Source: a virus. From it: DNA of 39,138 nt. The stretch is from IMG/VR virus record IMGVR_UViG_3300026272_000002, positions 1 to 39,138 of that record, one strand, 5' to 3'. Position 1 is the stretch's first letter. Each line of letters begins with the position of its first letter. The notes below the pieces were generated by a model, which searched no databases, had not been told where the DNA came from, and saw only the letters and a program-made list of their open reading frames with translations. Positions 16,010 to 24,897 of this stretch are shown here, in pieces. The position numbers and the translations under genes are program-made.

Positions 16010-16404
16010 AGGATTACCTCTAATGTTGTGTAAATAGGCGCAAAGCCAAGTTTCATTTCATACAATCGCGCCTGCGCTAGTTTTGCGCAGCAACGCACCC
16101 GAGAGCATCCGAGATCTGCGGCTAGATTCTTCACGGATCCAAAGAACTGCTCAAAATGCGCGTTGTGTGCGACGAGGTTTGTCACATGCATGACGCGGAA
16201 ATTAGGGAGCGCATCAACGCGAAAGACTGCCCAGCCGACTTTCCCTTCATCACTATCCATCCTGACAAGTTGCCTCTCGCCGCGTGAAATCAGCATCTTT
16301 AGTTGATCTATCGTGCATTCCTCGGCGCAAGACTCAGACAGCGAATTTGCCCCGTCCTTCCATGCTGCATCTGTGTGATGCGATGGGATTGGAATCAGCT
16401 TCAT
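16006..16404 (-). CDS. Small protein with a weak GNAT-acetyltransferase-like C-terminal pattern (132 aa)
   Basis: ...FGSVKNLAADLGCSRVRCCAKLAQARLYEMKLGFAPIYTTLEV resembles the GNAT motif A/B region (A..LY.K.GF). It lacks the canonical R/Q-x-x-G-x-G/A motif. Confidence 0.5.
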   Translation of the reverse strand: MKLIPIPSHHTDAAWKDGANSLSESCAEECTIDQLKMLISRGERQLVRMDSDEGKVGWAVFRVDALPNFRVMHVTNLVAHNAHFEQFFGSVKNLAADLGCSRVRCCAKLAQARLYEMKLGFAPIYTTLEVIL

Positions 16405-16730
16405 CAGTTACCCGTCAAAAAACGGCATTGCAACCATGTTCCAGGCGTCCCGCCAGCCACGCAACGCCATCCATGGACGATGTACTTTGATCCAGCTGTG
16501 CCGGTTTCTGCTGGGGCGCTGTTCAGCACGAAATCTCCAACTGCCCATGTTCCAGTGGTCGGAACGGAAACACGTGCGGTGTAGAAAAATGCCTGTGTGC
16601 CTTCCGATATTCCATTGACTTGTGCAGCGATAGCGCGAAGCAGGTTTGTCAACTTAAACGACAAATCTTTGATGTATTGCGGCTGATCATTCCCAACAAT
16701 AGGGAGGTTCGGATCGACTTGGATCTTCAT
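16404..16730 (-). CDS. Virion structural protein (108 aa)
   Basis: ORF with 1-nt overlaps on both sides. The C-terminal GDFVLNSAP...YIVHGWRCVAGGTPGTWLQCRFLTG pattern is common in small tail proteins. Confidence 0.65.
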   Translation of the reverse strand: MKIQVDPNLPIVGNDQPQYIKDLSFKLTNLLRAIAAQVNGISEGTQAFFYTARVSVPTTGTWAVGDFVLNSAPAETGTAGSKYIVHGWRCVAGGTPGTWLQCRFLTGN

Positions 16731-18184
16731 CAGAAAGTCCCGTTTCCTGCGTATGTCACCGACACGCCAAGTTCTTCATGGTCACCGGTGAAATCAAATT
16801 TCAGACGATGCCAGCGCGCAGAAGACAGCACGTCAAACTTGCCCGCCGCCTCATTGCTGGTCTGGTCTGCCACAAACGCCGTACCTTCAACATCGGTGCG
16901 CAGATGCGTCATAGTTGCAGTTGTTGGAGACACAGCGTGTCTCAGCCTGACTTTTGTCGCCGTTGTGTAAAGCTCGTCGTCTCCCATGTCGAATAGTGTC
17001 AGCGACGAAGCACCGCAGATGCCGGAGATCGATCGCACAATATTGTCAGTGCCAATCACCGCGAGAACTGGAATGGTCGACGTCCAAAACGGCGATTCAT
17101 AGCTGATATTTGGCAGCGAATCCCATGTCGAATACAGCGTTCCCAGTCCGTCATAGGTGATTGATGGCGAATAGTATTCCAGCGCGCACTGTATAGATTG
17201 CGTCGTGGCGCCCCACTTGTTCACTCGGTAGTTGTAGACGATGGCGTCGGTGAGCGCACCGTTAGAGCCGACAGTTGGATAGAAGAACCATACACAGCCA
17301 TTGTTTCGATCATGCGTGCCAATCACGTTGTACCGGTACGCTGGGTCTAGGCGCGACTGAAAGAACCACTTGCGGATCTCGGCGCCAATAGGAACAGGCC
17401 GGGAACCGTCGAACATGTAAAAATCCTCATAGCCCATGAACACATGGGCCGTCTTGATGTTGACGATCGCTTCCTGCGACGGCGCGCCTATCTCACCCGG
17501 GATTGACTGGAACTGCCAGACTGTAGGGGCGCCCACGTAGGCGCCGATGTACATTGATCGGTCTTTGTAGGCGATGATGTTCGTGCCGAGGTTCGCCAGG
17601 CCGGTAATCTTGCCGGGCGTATCGACCAAGCGCCCGGATGTGCACTGCGTTGTCAGCGATGGCGTCCATGCCGTCTCATCGAACACGCCACTGCACCACC
17701 AACGGTCTGGAGAATCCCCGAACGTACCTTCCAGCGTGTCGGCCAGCATCACAAATCCGGACGATGTGGTGATGCATGATGCCTTTGGCGCGCCAGCCAC
17801 ATCTGCGAATGCGCCAGATGTCGAACGTTGCAGCAAGTCGCTTTTTTGTACCGCAAGAGAAGCGTCACCAAACTGAGAGAAGCGCCAACGCGTCGCAGCA
17901 GCGTTGTATGCGCCTCCGGCTGCGCGTGATACATCTACCCATGATCCGCTTGTCGCTTCCCATAGTTTCGTCGCTGTGCCTGCGAAGATGCGCTTGGTGC
18001 TGTCCAACTTCGTGCAGACAGCTGCTGCTGACGCTGCAGTTGCCAGTGCCGACAGGCCCACGCTTTGCGCTGTCGGTGCGCCAGCGTAACCGCGCATGGT
18101 CGGAACCATATTTGTTACGGCAGTCATGATGCCGGCTGTAGTCGGATCTAGGTCGGGCGCGAAGCCGGAAATCTGCTGATACAT
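16730..18184 (-). CDS. Tail structural protein (484 aa; tail hub/tubular-type role inferred from position)
   Basis: Long ORF between the adaptor-like gene and the small tail proteins. No family was recognised by eye. Confidence 0.7.
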   Translation of the reverse strand: MYQQISGFAPDLDPTTAGIMTAVTNMVPTMRGYAGAPTAQSVGLSALATAASAAAVCTKLDSTKRIFAGTATKLWEATSGSWVDVSRAAGGAYNAAATRWRFSQFGDASLAVQKSDLLQRSTSGAFADVAGAPKASCITTSSGFVMLADTLEGTFGDSPDRWWCSGVFDETAWTPSLTTQCTSGRLVDTPGKITGLANLGTNIIAYKDRSMYIGAYVGAPTVWQFQSIPGEIGAPSQEAIVNIKTAHVFMGYEDFYMFDGSRPVPIGAEIRKWFFQSRLDPAYRYNVIGTHDRNNGCVWFFYPTVGSNGALTDAIVYNYRVNKWGATTQSIQCALEYYSPSITYDGLGTLYSTWDSLPNISYESPFWTSTIPVLAVIGTDNIVRSISGICGASSLTLFDMGDDELYTTATKVRLRHAVSPTTATMTHLRTDVEGTAFVADQTSNEAAGKFDVLSSARWHRLKFDFTGDHEELGVSVTYAGNGTF

Positions 18185-18789
18185 CAGCCGGCCCTCACCC
18201 GCATGGTTGATCCGGAATACCAGTCTTGGCTATTCACAGTGTCAATCGCCTCTTGGTATTTGCTTTCCCAAACTGGGATGCGCGCATCGTCTTTCAGGTA
18301 AGGAGCTGACTCACAAAGTGCGCCGTAGAGGTAGACATGCGGGTAATTGGTCATTAGCCACGTAGTGCCGGCAGCAGACAAGCTCGGCACGCGGCCCTTA
18401 TAAATCAGATTGAGCGTGTAGTTTGCGTCGGGGATCGGCGCCATGTAGGCCGACGTCCCGATAACGGAATAGGCGTGCGGAACGCCAACAGTTCCGTATG
18501 GGTGCTTCGTCACCAACGTGTCCGGCGACTGATATTCCATGGTCACGATCGGCGACGCCGAGGCCACTGAAAGGTGCCGGATGTTTATGATGTCTGTCGG
18601 CAGCGCAACGTTGTCTACGCCGGATGTCACGGTCAGGGTTGTTTTGACGTCCTGTAGGCGCGCGTCGAGGTCGCCATTAATACGAATCTCAGCCAGGGTG
18701 ATCAGGTCGGGGATGATCGCCGTCAGGTCGCTCCGGTGCAGGAAATTGGCAACAGAGGCCTGCAGGTCAGTGTAGTTCGTCAGGCTCAT
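18184..18789 (-). CDS. Head-tail adaptor/connector-like structural protein (201 aa)
   Basis: The N-terminus YTDLQASVANFLHRSDLTAIIPDLITLAEIRINGDL is a recurrent motif of structural proteins in epsilon15/BPP-1-type podophages (recalled from memory). Confidence 0.65.
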   Translation of the reverse strand: MSLTNYTDLQASVANFLHRSDLTAIIPDLITLAEIRINGDLDARLQDVKTTLTVTSGVDNVALPTDIINIRHLSVASASPIVTMEYQSPDTLVTKHPYGTVGVPHAYSVIGTSAYMAPIPDANYTLNLIYKGRVPSLSAAGTTWLMTNYPHVYLYGALCESAPYLKDDARIPVWESKYQEAIDTVNSQDWYSGSTMRVRAG

Positions 18790-19079
18790 ACGCGCCCCGG
18801 CCAGATGCGGAATGCCGCCAGTGCCGGATCATTCAGGACACGTTTCATGTGCTCCTTGTTCTGCATGAACTCGGAAAACAGGATGTTATGGTCGTTGCAA
18901 TAGCGCTCGATGATGACGTAGGGAATTTTTGCAGCATGCTTCATCTCGCTGCTGCCGTGGAAACCCTCACGGCTCAGCGCCTTCGTATGCTCCGCAATCG
19001 GCGTGCAGTCCTGCGACCGCTCAACCGTCATCGCACCATCGTGCAGCGTGATTTTGGTACCGATATCGAGTGCGTCCAT
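18786..19079 (-). CDS. Hypothetical structural-module protein (97 aa)
   Basis: ORF with 4-nt and 1-nt overlaps to its neighbours. Confidence 0.6.
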   Translation of the reverse strand: MDALDIGTKITLHDGAMTVERSQDCTPIAEHTKALSREGFHGSSEMKHAAKIPYVIIERYCNDHNILFSEFMQNKEHMKRVLNDPALAAFRIWPGRV

Positions 19080-19387
19080 TACATGTTTTCCAAGGGTGAT
19101 ACTTGGACGACGCCAGCCGCAGCGACTTGAATCGCTGCGATCTTGGTCAGGTTGCCAACGGCGAGAATCACTGCATCGCCCGGCTGAACCTGCAAATCGG
19201 TGGTAACCGCAGTAACGGTGCCGTTACCCAAGCGCACGCAGGCCGGAGCAGTCGCCGCAATCCGAATATAACGAGGCAATTCACCAGACTGCATATTCGG
19301 CAGCGTGGCGCTCGCCGATGTGCCTGAAGTGGCAATCGCAATGCCGGTGACCGTGACGGTAATGCCGCCTTGGAATGTGTTGCTCAT
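19079..19387 (-). CDS. Hypothetical structural-module protein (102 aa)
   Basis: ORF with an AGGAGAAT RBS. Its beta-rich, Thr/Ala/Val-rich composition is similar to the upstream decoration protein. Confidence 0.65.
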   Translation of the reverse strand: MSNTFQGGITVTVTGIAIATSGTSASATLPNMQSGELPRYIRIAATAPACVRLGNGTVTAVTTDLQVQPGDAVILAVGNLTKIAAIQVAAAGVVQVSPLENM

Positions 19388-19417
19388 GAATTCTCCTGCG
19401 TTTCTCAGCGTTAGGCC

Positions 19418-19438
19418 CTCCGGCGCTTGGCCGGAGGT
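19418..19438 (-). other. Intercistronic stem-loop after the decoration gene
   Basis: CCTCCGG-7 nt-CCGGAGG, a perfect 7-bp helix with no T-tract. Confidence 0.45.
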
Positions 19439-19442
19439 TGGT

Positions 19443-19865
19443 TTAGGCCGGGTTCAGCGTGACTGTAATATTGCCGACAGCAGAGGTTGCCGTACCGGTC
19501 AGGTCGAACGCAATCGCGTCACCAGCAGCCAGGAGCAAGTCGCTTGCCGTGGTCGACAGGGTCAGCGCTTGGCCCGCGTTTGCGGTGCCGACGAGGTTGT
19601 AAGTACCGGTATGCAGAACCGTGCCGGATGTGATCGCCGTGCCGCTCGGAACCTTGCGAATCTGAGCAGTGCAGGCGCCACCTGTACCTGCCACATCGAC
19701 ACGGCCACGAATGGCCTTTACGACATACTGACGGTCAGCAACGAAGAACGTCGAATCAACGGTCGACGCCAGGTAATTCAGCGTCACAGGGACGAAACCG
19801 CCATCACCGCCAGCGGAGCCTTCGATGCCGAACGAGCCATCGCCAATTTGTTTCATTTGGGGCAT
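19443..19865 (-). CDS. Capsid decoration / cement-like protein (140 aa)
   Basis: It lies immediately downstream of the major capsid gene, has beta-rich Gly/Thr/Ala composition, and has a strong RBS (AGGAGAAGC). Confidence 0.6.
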   Translation of the reverse strand: MPQMKQIGDGSFGIEGSAGGDGGFVPVTLNYLASTVDSTFFVADRQYVVKAIRGRVDVAGTGGACTAQIRKVPSGTAITSGTVLHTGTYNLVGTANAGQALTLSTTASDLLLAAGDAIAFDLTGTATSAVGNITVTLNPA

Positions 19866-19871
19866 GTTGCT

Positions 19872-19907
19872 TCTCCTAAAAGGAAACGGGGCGACCGAAG
19901 CCGCCCC
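19872..19907 (-). terminator. Stem-loop plus T-rich tract after the major capsid gene (partial terminator/attenuator)
   Basis: The minus strand reads GGGGCG-gcttcggt-CGCCCC followed by GTTTCCTTTT. Confidence 0.45.
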
Positions 19908-19928
19908 TGTTATGTCGATCCGTTAGGA

Positions 19929-20852
19929 TTAAGCGACGTCGTAGATGGCGCCGTTGGCCTTCGGAGCGCGTGCTTCGACGGTCCATTCCACGACCAACTC
20001 GCGTTGCTCGGCATCGCCGGTCTTCGCCAGTTCGATCGTTTGGAACGGACGCAGGTACGAGATGGCCCACTTGTCAGCTTGCAGAACGAACACGTCGTTT
20101 GCATCTTGGAAGCGGGACGGCACGGCTTTCAGCTCGCCGAAGTCCGACACATAGACGTCGACCGAAGCGTACAGCTTGGCATCTTCCGACTTATCGAAGC
20201 GGGTTGCGTTGCCGGTGAAGGACGAAAAGGTTTGCTTGGCGCCAGGTGGCAACAGGATCATGTCAGGATCGCCGCCGGCAGTGAAGATCAACTGCAGGAC
20301 AGATTTCAGGCGCGATTCTGTGAACGCGACCGCCGTGCCTTTGGTACGACCAGTATTGCCGGTGTACGAAGCCAGCGTGCCGCCGTTGTTGCTGACGTTG
20401 TCAACCACCCAGCCGACCAGGCCACGCGATTGACGCGGTGCGGTTGCGGTGACATCCAGCTGAGTCGCAGACGATTCCATGTCGCGGCGCAGCTCCAGAG
20501 CAGCCAAGGACAGCTGATAAGCCAGTTCGTCCTTGCGGCCGGCTGGGTTCATCGCTTGTTGAGTGCCGGAAACCACGACAGTCTTGGTCGAGATTTGCGT
20601 GCGGTTGTTCAGGCGAACTGTCGGTGTCACGGTCTTGGCGGACGCGTTGTCACCTTCGGCCTGGGCATTCGTTTTCACGGCAGCGGCCAGATCCTGAGTT
20701 TGCCATTCGTGCAGCGTGTTCGTCGCTTTTCCCTTGGACGCCATCGAAATGAACGGTGTCGCGGTCGGCGAGATACGGTAGATGGTGTCGGTCAGGTCTT
20801 CGCGGTTACCAATCGCGGCGGTGGTCAGGTAGGTATTGGTTGGTGCGGTCAT
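19929..20852 (-). CDS. Major capsid protein (HK97 fold, SU10/epsilon15-type family)
   Basis: N-terminal signature AIGNREDLTDTIYRISPTATPFISMASKGKATNTLHEWQTQDLAAA. Its size (307 aa) and its position after the scaffold gene fit. Confidence 0.88.
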   Translation of the reverse strand: MTAPTNTYLTTAAIGNREDLTDTIYRISPTATPFISMASKGKATNTLHEWQTQDLAAAVKTNAQAEGDNASAKTVTPTVRLNNRTQISTKTVVVSGTQQAMNPAGRKDELAYQLSLAALELRRDMESSATQLDVTATAPRQSRGLVGWVVDNVSNNGGTLASYTGNTGRTKGTAVAFTESRLKSVLQLIFTAGGDPDMILLPPGAKQTFSSFTGNATRFDKSEDAKLYASVDVYVSDFGELKAVPSRFQDANDVFVLQADKWAISYLRPFQTIELAKTGDAEQRELVVEWTVEARAPKANGAIYDVA

Positions 20853-20883
20853 TTATTTCTCCAGTGCCTCTCGGCATTAAGGA

Positions 20884-21837
20884 TTAAAGGAGGCCACGAA
20901 ACACTGCTGCGGCGTCGTCAATGCTTCCACTCTTACTGAGCTTCTGGAAGGCAGACGATCGCTTGTCCAGCGTTCGGGTTTCGCTGACGCCCGGCTTCTC
21001 GACCTTCTGCGGAAGGGTTGATACCTTCTTCGCGGCGGCCTGAGCTTTTTCCATCATCTTGTCGTAAAGCATGGCCTTACGCGCAACGACGACGTGCCTT
21101 GCATCAACGATGCTGTCGATTTCCTCCGCAGAAAAACCGTTACCTTTCAGGAATTCGGTAACTGCGGTTTGTTCGGCCTTCGATTTCACAGGGTCGGCCC
21201 ATTCTGGCAACTTGGCGATGAGTTCTTCTCGCTGTTGCGCTACGAATCGGTCATAAGCCTGCTTTTGCTCGGCCTGGTGTTGCTGCACGAGTTGCGCTTT
21301 TTCCTGGTGAATGCTTTGCAACGCTGCTTGTCTCTGATCATAGAGGTGCTTTTGTTGCAAATACTCGACCGGGTCATTGGCAAGCAACTCCTGCCAATTG
21401 GTCTGTGATTGCTCCTGCAGGACTGCATGTAACAGCGTTTCCTGGCTGTGGAGCTTCTGCGCGTACTGAGTACGTTCTTGCTGCGCCTTCTGCGTTTCCG
21501 CTTCGGCAGCTTTACGCGCCTCTGCGACTTCCATCGTCTTCTTGGTGTAGTCGCTTTGACGCAAGCCGGATTTGTAATGCTCGGCAATTTCAGATTCAGT
21601 AAGCTCGACGTCCTTGCCATCAACTTTGATGGTGAACTTCTGCGGCTCTTCCTCTGGATTGCCTTCTGCATCTTCCGGCTCTTCCTCAGCCTCTGCTTCG
21701 GTTGCTTGCGCTTCCGGCGCTTCGGCTTCAGGTTGCTTTACCTCTTTCTCCGGCGCCGCTTCTGCAGGCTCCATCTGAGAGGCAAAAATTGCTGCTGCAC
21801 TGTTTACGTCAAGTGCTGAAGAATCGGATTCACTCAC
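20884..21837 (-). CDS. Scaffolding protein (317 aa, acidic, coiled-coil)
   Basis: GTG start after AAAGGA. It has a Glu/Ala/Gln-rich helical sequence and lies between the portal-side genes and the capsid gene. Confidence 0.75.
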   Translation of the reverse strand: MSESDSSALDVNSAAAIFASQMEPAEAAPEKEVKQPEAEAPEAQATEAEAEEEPEDAEGNPEEEPQKFTIKVDGKDVELTESEIAEHYKSGLRQSDYTKKTMEVAEARKAAEAETQKAQQERTQYAQKLHSQETLLHAVLQEQSQTNWQELLANDPVEYLQQKHLYDQRQAALQSIHQEKAQLVQQHQAEQKQAYDRFVAQQREELIAKLPEWADPVKSKAEQTAVTEFLKGNGFSAEEIDSIVDARHVVVARKAMLYDKMMEKAQAAAKKVSTLPQKVEKPGVSETRTLDKRSSAFQKLSKSGSIDDAAAVFRGLL

Positions 21838-21967
21838 GTGATTGTCCTTTATCGATTCTCAGGGTAGCCAGCCCCTGAAAGCGGCGCATCACTGCGGTCG
21901 CGTTGACCTTGCTGGAGGTTTTGAAACTATTTGCGGATCAGGAACGACTGACCGGTGAGGTATGCCC

Positions 21968-22258
21968 TCAGCCCTGCCAGATCCCTTTGACGCGGTCCAA
22001 CATGCTTTGCTGGTGCTGGAGTTCCTTCGACGCCAGCATGCCCGTCTCCAGGCTTGTCTTGAGCGCACCCTGTACTTTGCCCAGCATGTGCAGCATCAGG
22101 TAAATCTTTTCCCGCCCCGCCTCGTCTCTTGCCGGTGAATTTTTCCATGCCTCTTTCAACTCCTGTTCGATGTCTTCGAATGCCGCGGTAAGCGCCTCGT
22201 TTTCGAGTGCTTCCTTAGCTCGATTGCCGTCGTAAATGCGTTTTTCAAGCGCCGCCAT
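21968..22258 (-). CDS. Hypothetical head-module protein (96 aa, helical)
   Basis: ORF overlapping the portal stop by 14 nt. Confidence 0.6.
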   Translation of the reverse strand: MAALEKRIYDGNRAKEALENEALTAAFEDIEQELKEAWKNSPARDEAGREKIYLMLHMLGKVQGALKTSLETGMLASKELQHQQSMLDRVKGIWQG

Positions 22259-24542
22259 TCATTTCTCCGTTTTCTTCTTCCTCAACTGCTTCGGCTGCGT
22301 CTGATTGCTGCTTGCTCAATACCGACTGAGCGCGAATCTGCGCAACAAGGATTTGCGTTTCAGAGTCAAGCTTGGCTTTCCATTGATCAAACTGTAGCTT
22401 TTGCGATGCAAGTTGAGCATCAAGTTCGGCCTTGTGCTGACGTTCCTGCATGTCTGCCTGAGCCTGCAATTGCTGCTTCTGCGCCTCAAGCTCAAGCTCA
22501 TGCTGGCGAAGCTTGGCCTGCATTGACAGCTCTTTCTCGCGCATCTGCATTTCCATTTGCTGCTTCTGCATGTCGACCTGCGTCTGCGCCTGGAATTTCT
22601 GTGCGTCCGCTTGAGTCTGCGCCTGGATCTTCACCAAGTCTGGATTCGGTGCTGGCGGCTTAGGCGGGGCTTTGGCAGGATCCGTCCAGTACGTCTCGCA
22701 GTTCTTGAACCCAAGTGCCTCAGACAGCTTCTTGGCCGACTGATATATGCCTTCCGGCGAAGTGATGCCGATCTGCAAACCTTCCTTCTGCACGTTCAGT
22801 TGCATCATCAGATGCTGAACCATTTGGTCTTTGCTGCCAGTGCCGAGGCCGATGTTGATCGTGAAACTGAACTGATTACGCCACTCGCGCGGGTCAATAT
22901 CAACCCACTCCTCGCTCAGCTTGACCTCTTCGGCGGCGTCCTGATGCTGGCAGACCAGCTTGAGCATCATCTTGAACAAGTCGACCACGCCGCAAGCGAA
23001 GTTGCGCGCGATCAGGTCGGTGCGCATGTCCGCCTTGTTCGTGACGATATTCGCCGCAGTAGCCGTCTGGTTCAACGAGTCAGCGTTCGGCGTAGCCTGC
23101 GACATGCGATTCCAGCCGGTCGACTTCTCGGTGAAGGCTTCCATGTACTGCAGCATGCCCATTGCATCGCCTGAGTCTCCTGCCGCTTGATCGAGTCGGC
23201 CAACGGCACCAGGCGACTTGACACGAACCACACCACCAGGGCGCGACGTCAGCAAGTCGTCCAGATTGACCTGATTTTCGACCGCGTAATACCGGCCATT
23301 GACCTGCAAATACAGGTTGTCCAGCATAGCGCGCAAGATCGACGTATTCGTCTTCTGGCCTTCCATCGCCAAGTCAGCCAGCGACAGGCCGAAGAAGCGA
23401 TGCGGCATGATCACAGGCACGATGTAGACGAACGGCGCCATGTCCACGACTTCATTTTCTAGGATCTCGTTGCCGGCGCGTACAACCTTGCGCAGTTCAG
23501 CAATCCCGTCGCCGTCGTAGTCGCAGCGGATATAGCACTCAGTCACCCAGATGATGCGTTGCGATTCATCCAGTGCCGGTTGATCCGTGTTGGCATAAGG
23601 CATCTCATCGTCAAACGAGAGACGTTCCACGCGCTCCATGCTGTACTGCTGGCCGTTGTCGTCCGAGGTCAGCTGGTCGACGTTCTTGTAGCCCATCGAC
23701 TTCAACTCGGAGACGGTGCGCATTACGCGGTGGCCGACGAACATCGCATCCTTGATGTTCTTGGCTTTGCGGCTGATCAGAAACTCTTCAGGCGGCACGT
23801 TTTCGATGGCGATCTTGCCACCCTTCTTCGACCGCTTGCATGTGATGTCGTACACCATCTTGGGCGGCATCTGCATGATCTGCTGCATTTGCTGCTGCAA
23901 GGCCATGACAGCTTGAGCCGCCTGCTGATTGCCCTGTGTCGATGCGGTTTGCGCCTGCACAAGCTGCTTTTGCAGTTGAGTCAGCGCATCCTGGCGCTTC
24001 TCGGCATCTTCCTCATCTGGGTACTGTTTGACCTCTGTGACTTCGACCTCGTCGTCGTCCATGATCTCGGCAAGCTCGACGTCGGACAGCGCTTTATATT
24101 CCTCGCGCGTCTCTTCGTTGCGCGTATCCCACCATACTTTCAACATGCCGGCGCGCGAGATCAGCGCATCCTTGAACCACGTTTGCAGCACGTTGTGGCC
24201 GTCATTCTTCTTGTAGAACAGATAATTCAGGTAGTCGGTTGCGACCTTTGCGCTTTGCTCGTCGCTTTGCTTGGTCGGCTCCAGCTCAACGACGCGCTCG
24301 CTTGATGCGAACTTTGCCATCAGCTCAGGTAGAACGGACTCGATGACGTTGCGCACCTCGGTCGACACCACGGACGAACGCCCCTCGATGTCTGGCGGCG
24401 AAAGATCGCCCTTTGCAAGACCCTCGTAGTAGTACAAGGCCTTCTGACGCGCGTCTGCCAGCTTGCCGGACTGATAGCCGACAGCCTGCCTTAGCTCGGC
24501 GTCGGTTATTGCCTTAAGCTGGTCTTCGGTCATTCCTGCCAT
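22245..24542 (-). CDS. Portal protein (765 aa) with a long C-terminal coiled-coil barrel
   Basis: Supported by its size, its position after the terminase, and about 130 C-terminal residues of Q/A/E/K heptad-like repeats, as in P22-type portals. Confidence 0.85.
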   Translation of the reverse strand: MAGMTEDQLKAITDAELRQAVGYQSGKLADARQKALYYYEGLAKGDLSPPDIEGRSSVVSTEVRNVIESVLPELMAKFASSERVVELEPTKQSDEQSAKVATDYLNYLFYKKNDGHNVLQTWFKDALISRAGMLKVWWDTRNEETREEYKALSDVELAEIMDDDEVEVTEVKQYPDEEDAEKRQDALTQLQKQLVQAQTASTQGNQQAAQAVMALQQQMQQIMQMPPKMVYDITCKRSKKGGKIAIENVPPEEFLISRKAKNIKDAMFVGHRVMRTVSELKSMGYKNVDQLTSDDNGQQYSMERVERLSFDDEMPYANTDQPALDESQRIIWVTECYIRCDYDGDGIAELRKVVRAGNEILENEVVDMAPFVYIVPVIMPHRFFGLSLADLAMEGQKTNTSILRAMLDNLYLQVNGRYYAVENQVNLDDLLTSRPGGVVRVKSPGAVGRLDQAAGDSGDAMGMLQYMEAFTEKSTGWNRMSQATPNADSLNQTATAANIVTNKADMRTDLIARNFACGVVDLFKMMLKLVCQHQDAAEEVKLSEEWVDIDPREWRNQFSFTINIGLGTGSKDQMVQHLMMQLNVQKEGLQIGITSPEGIYQSAKKLSEALGFKNCETYWTDPAKAPPKPPAPNPDLVKIQAQTQADAQKFQAQTQVDMQKQQMEMQMREKELSMQAKLRQHELELEAQKQQLQAQADMQERQHKAELDAQLASQKLQFDQWKAKLDSETQILVAQIRAQSVLSKQQSDAAEAVEEEENGEMNGGA

Positions 24543-24584
24543 GTTTTCTCCGGGGCGCTTCGCAGCGTTGCCTAAAATTGGTAC

Positions 24585-24887
24585 TTATTCTTGCTGTTCG
24601 AGTTGGTAGAGTGCTTCTTTGAGATCCCACTCAAGCAGCTTGTTTTGCAGCTTCTCGCTCTGCAGTTCAAGGGCTATGCGCTCGCTGCTCTTCGTCATGC
24701 TATCGATTCTTTCGTTCAGGGCAGCTACCTCGAATAGCAGCTTGTTCTGCTTCGTCTGTAGCGCATCCCGCTCCGCGGCGGCCTGTAGGAACTTCTGCTG
24801 CCAGATATCGGCACGGCGCTCACCATCTGTTTGGCAAACTAAGTCAGATGCTTTCACCGCATCATCAATTGGATACATGATCGCCAT
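24585..24887 (-). CDS. Coiled-coil small protein (100 aa)
   Basis: ORF between terL and the portal gene. Confidence 0.6.
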   Translation of the reverse strand: MAIMYPIDDAVKASDLVCQTDGERRADIWQQKFLQAAAERDALQTKQNKLLFEVAALNERIDSMTKSSERIALELQSEKLQNKLLEWDLKEALYQLEQQE

Positions 24888-24897
24888 GCTCTCTCCG

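Noticed and set aside
9670-18184. Looked for a diversity-generating retroelement (template/variable repeat pair and reverse transcriptase), because the virion module resembles BPP-1-type podophages
   Set aside because: No reverse transcriptase ORF exists anywhere in the window, and no near-identical repeat of the tail-fibre 3' end was seen.
19305-20939. 544-aa ORF on the plus strand
   Set aside because: It lies entirely antisense to the well-supported capsid, decoration and structural genes. It has an Arg/Gly/Ala-rich shadow-frame composition, no RBS, and is not in operon context.
22406-24305. Several 85-250-aa plus-strand ORFs (22406, 22557, 23187, 23559 and others)
   Set aside because: All lie antisense within the portal gene and have Arg/Leu/His-rich shadow composition.
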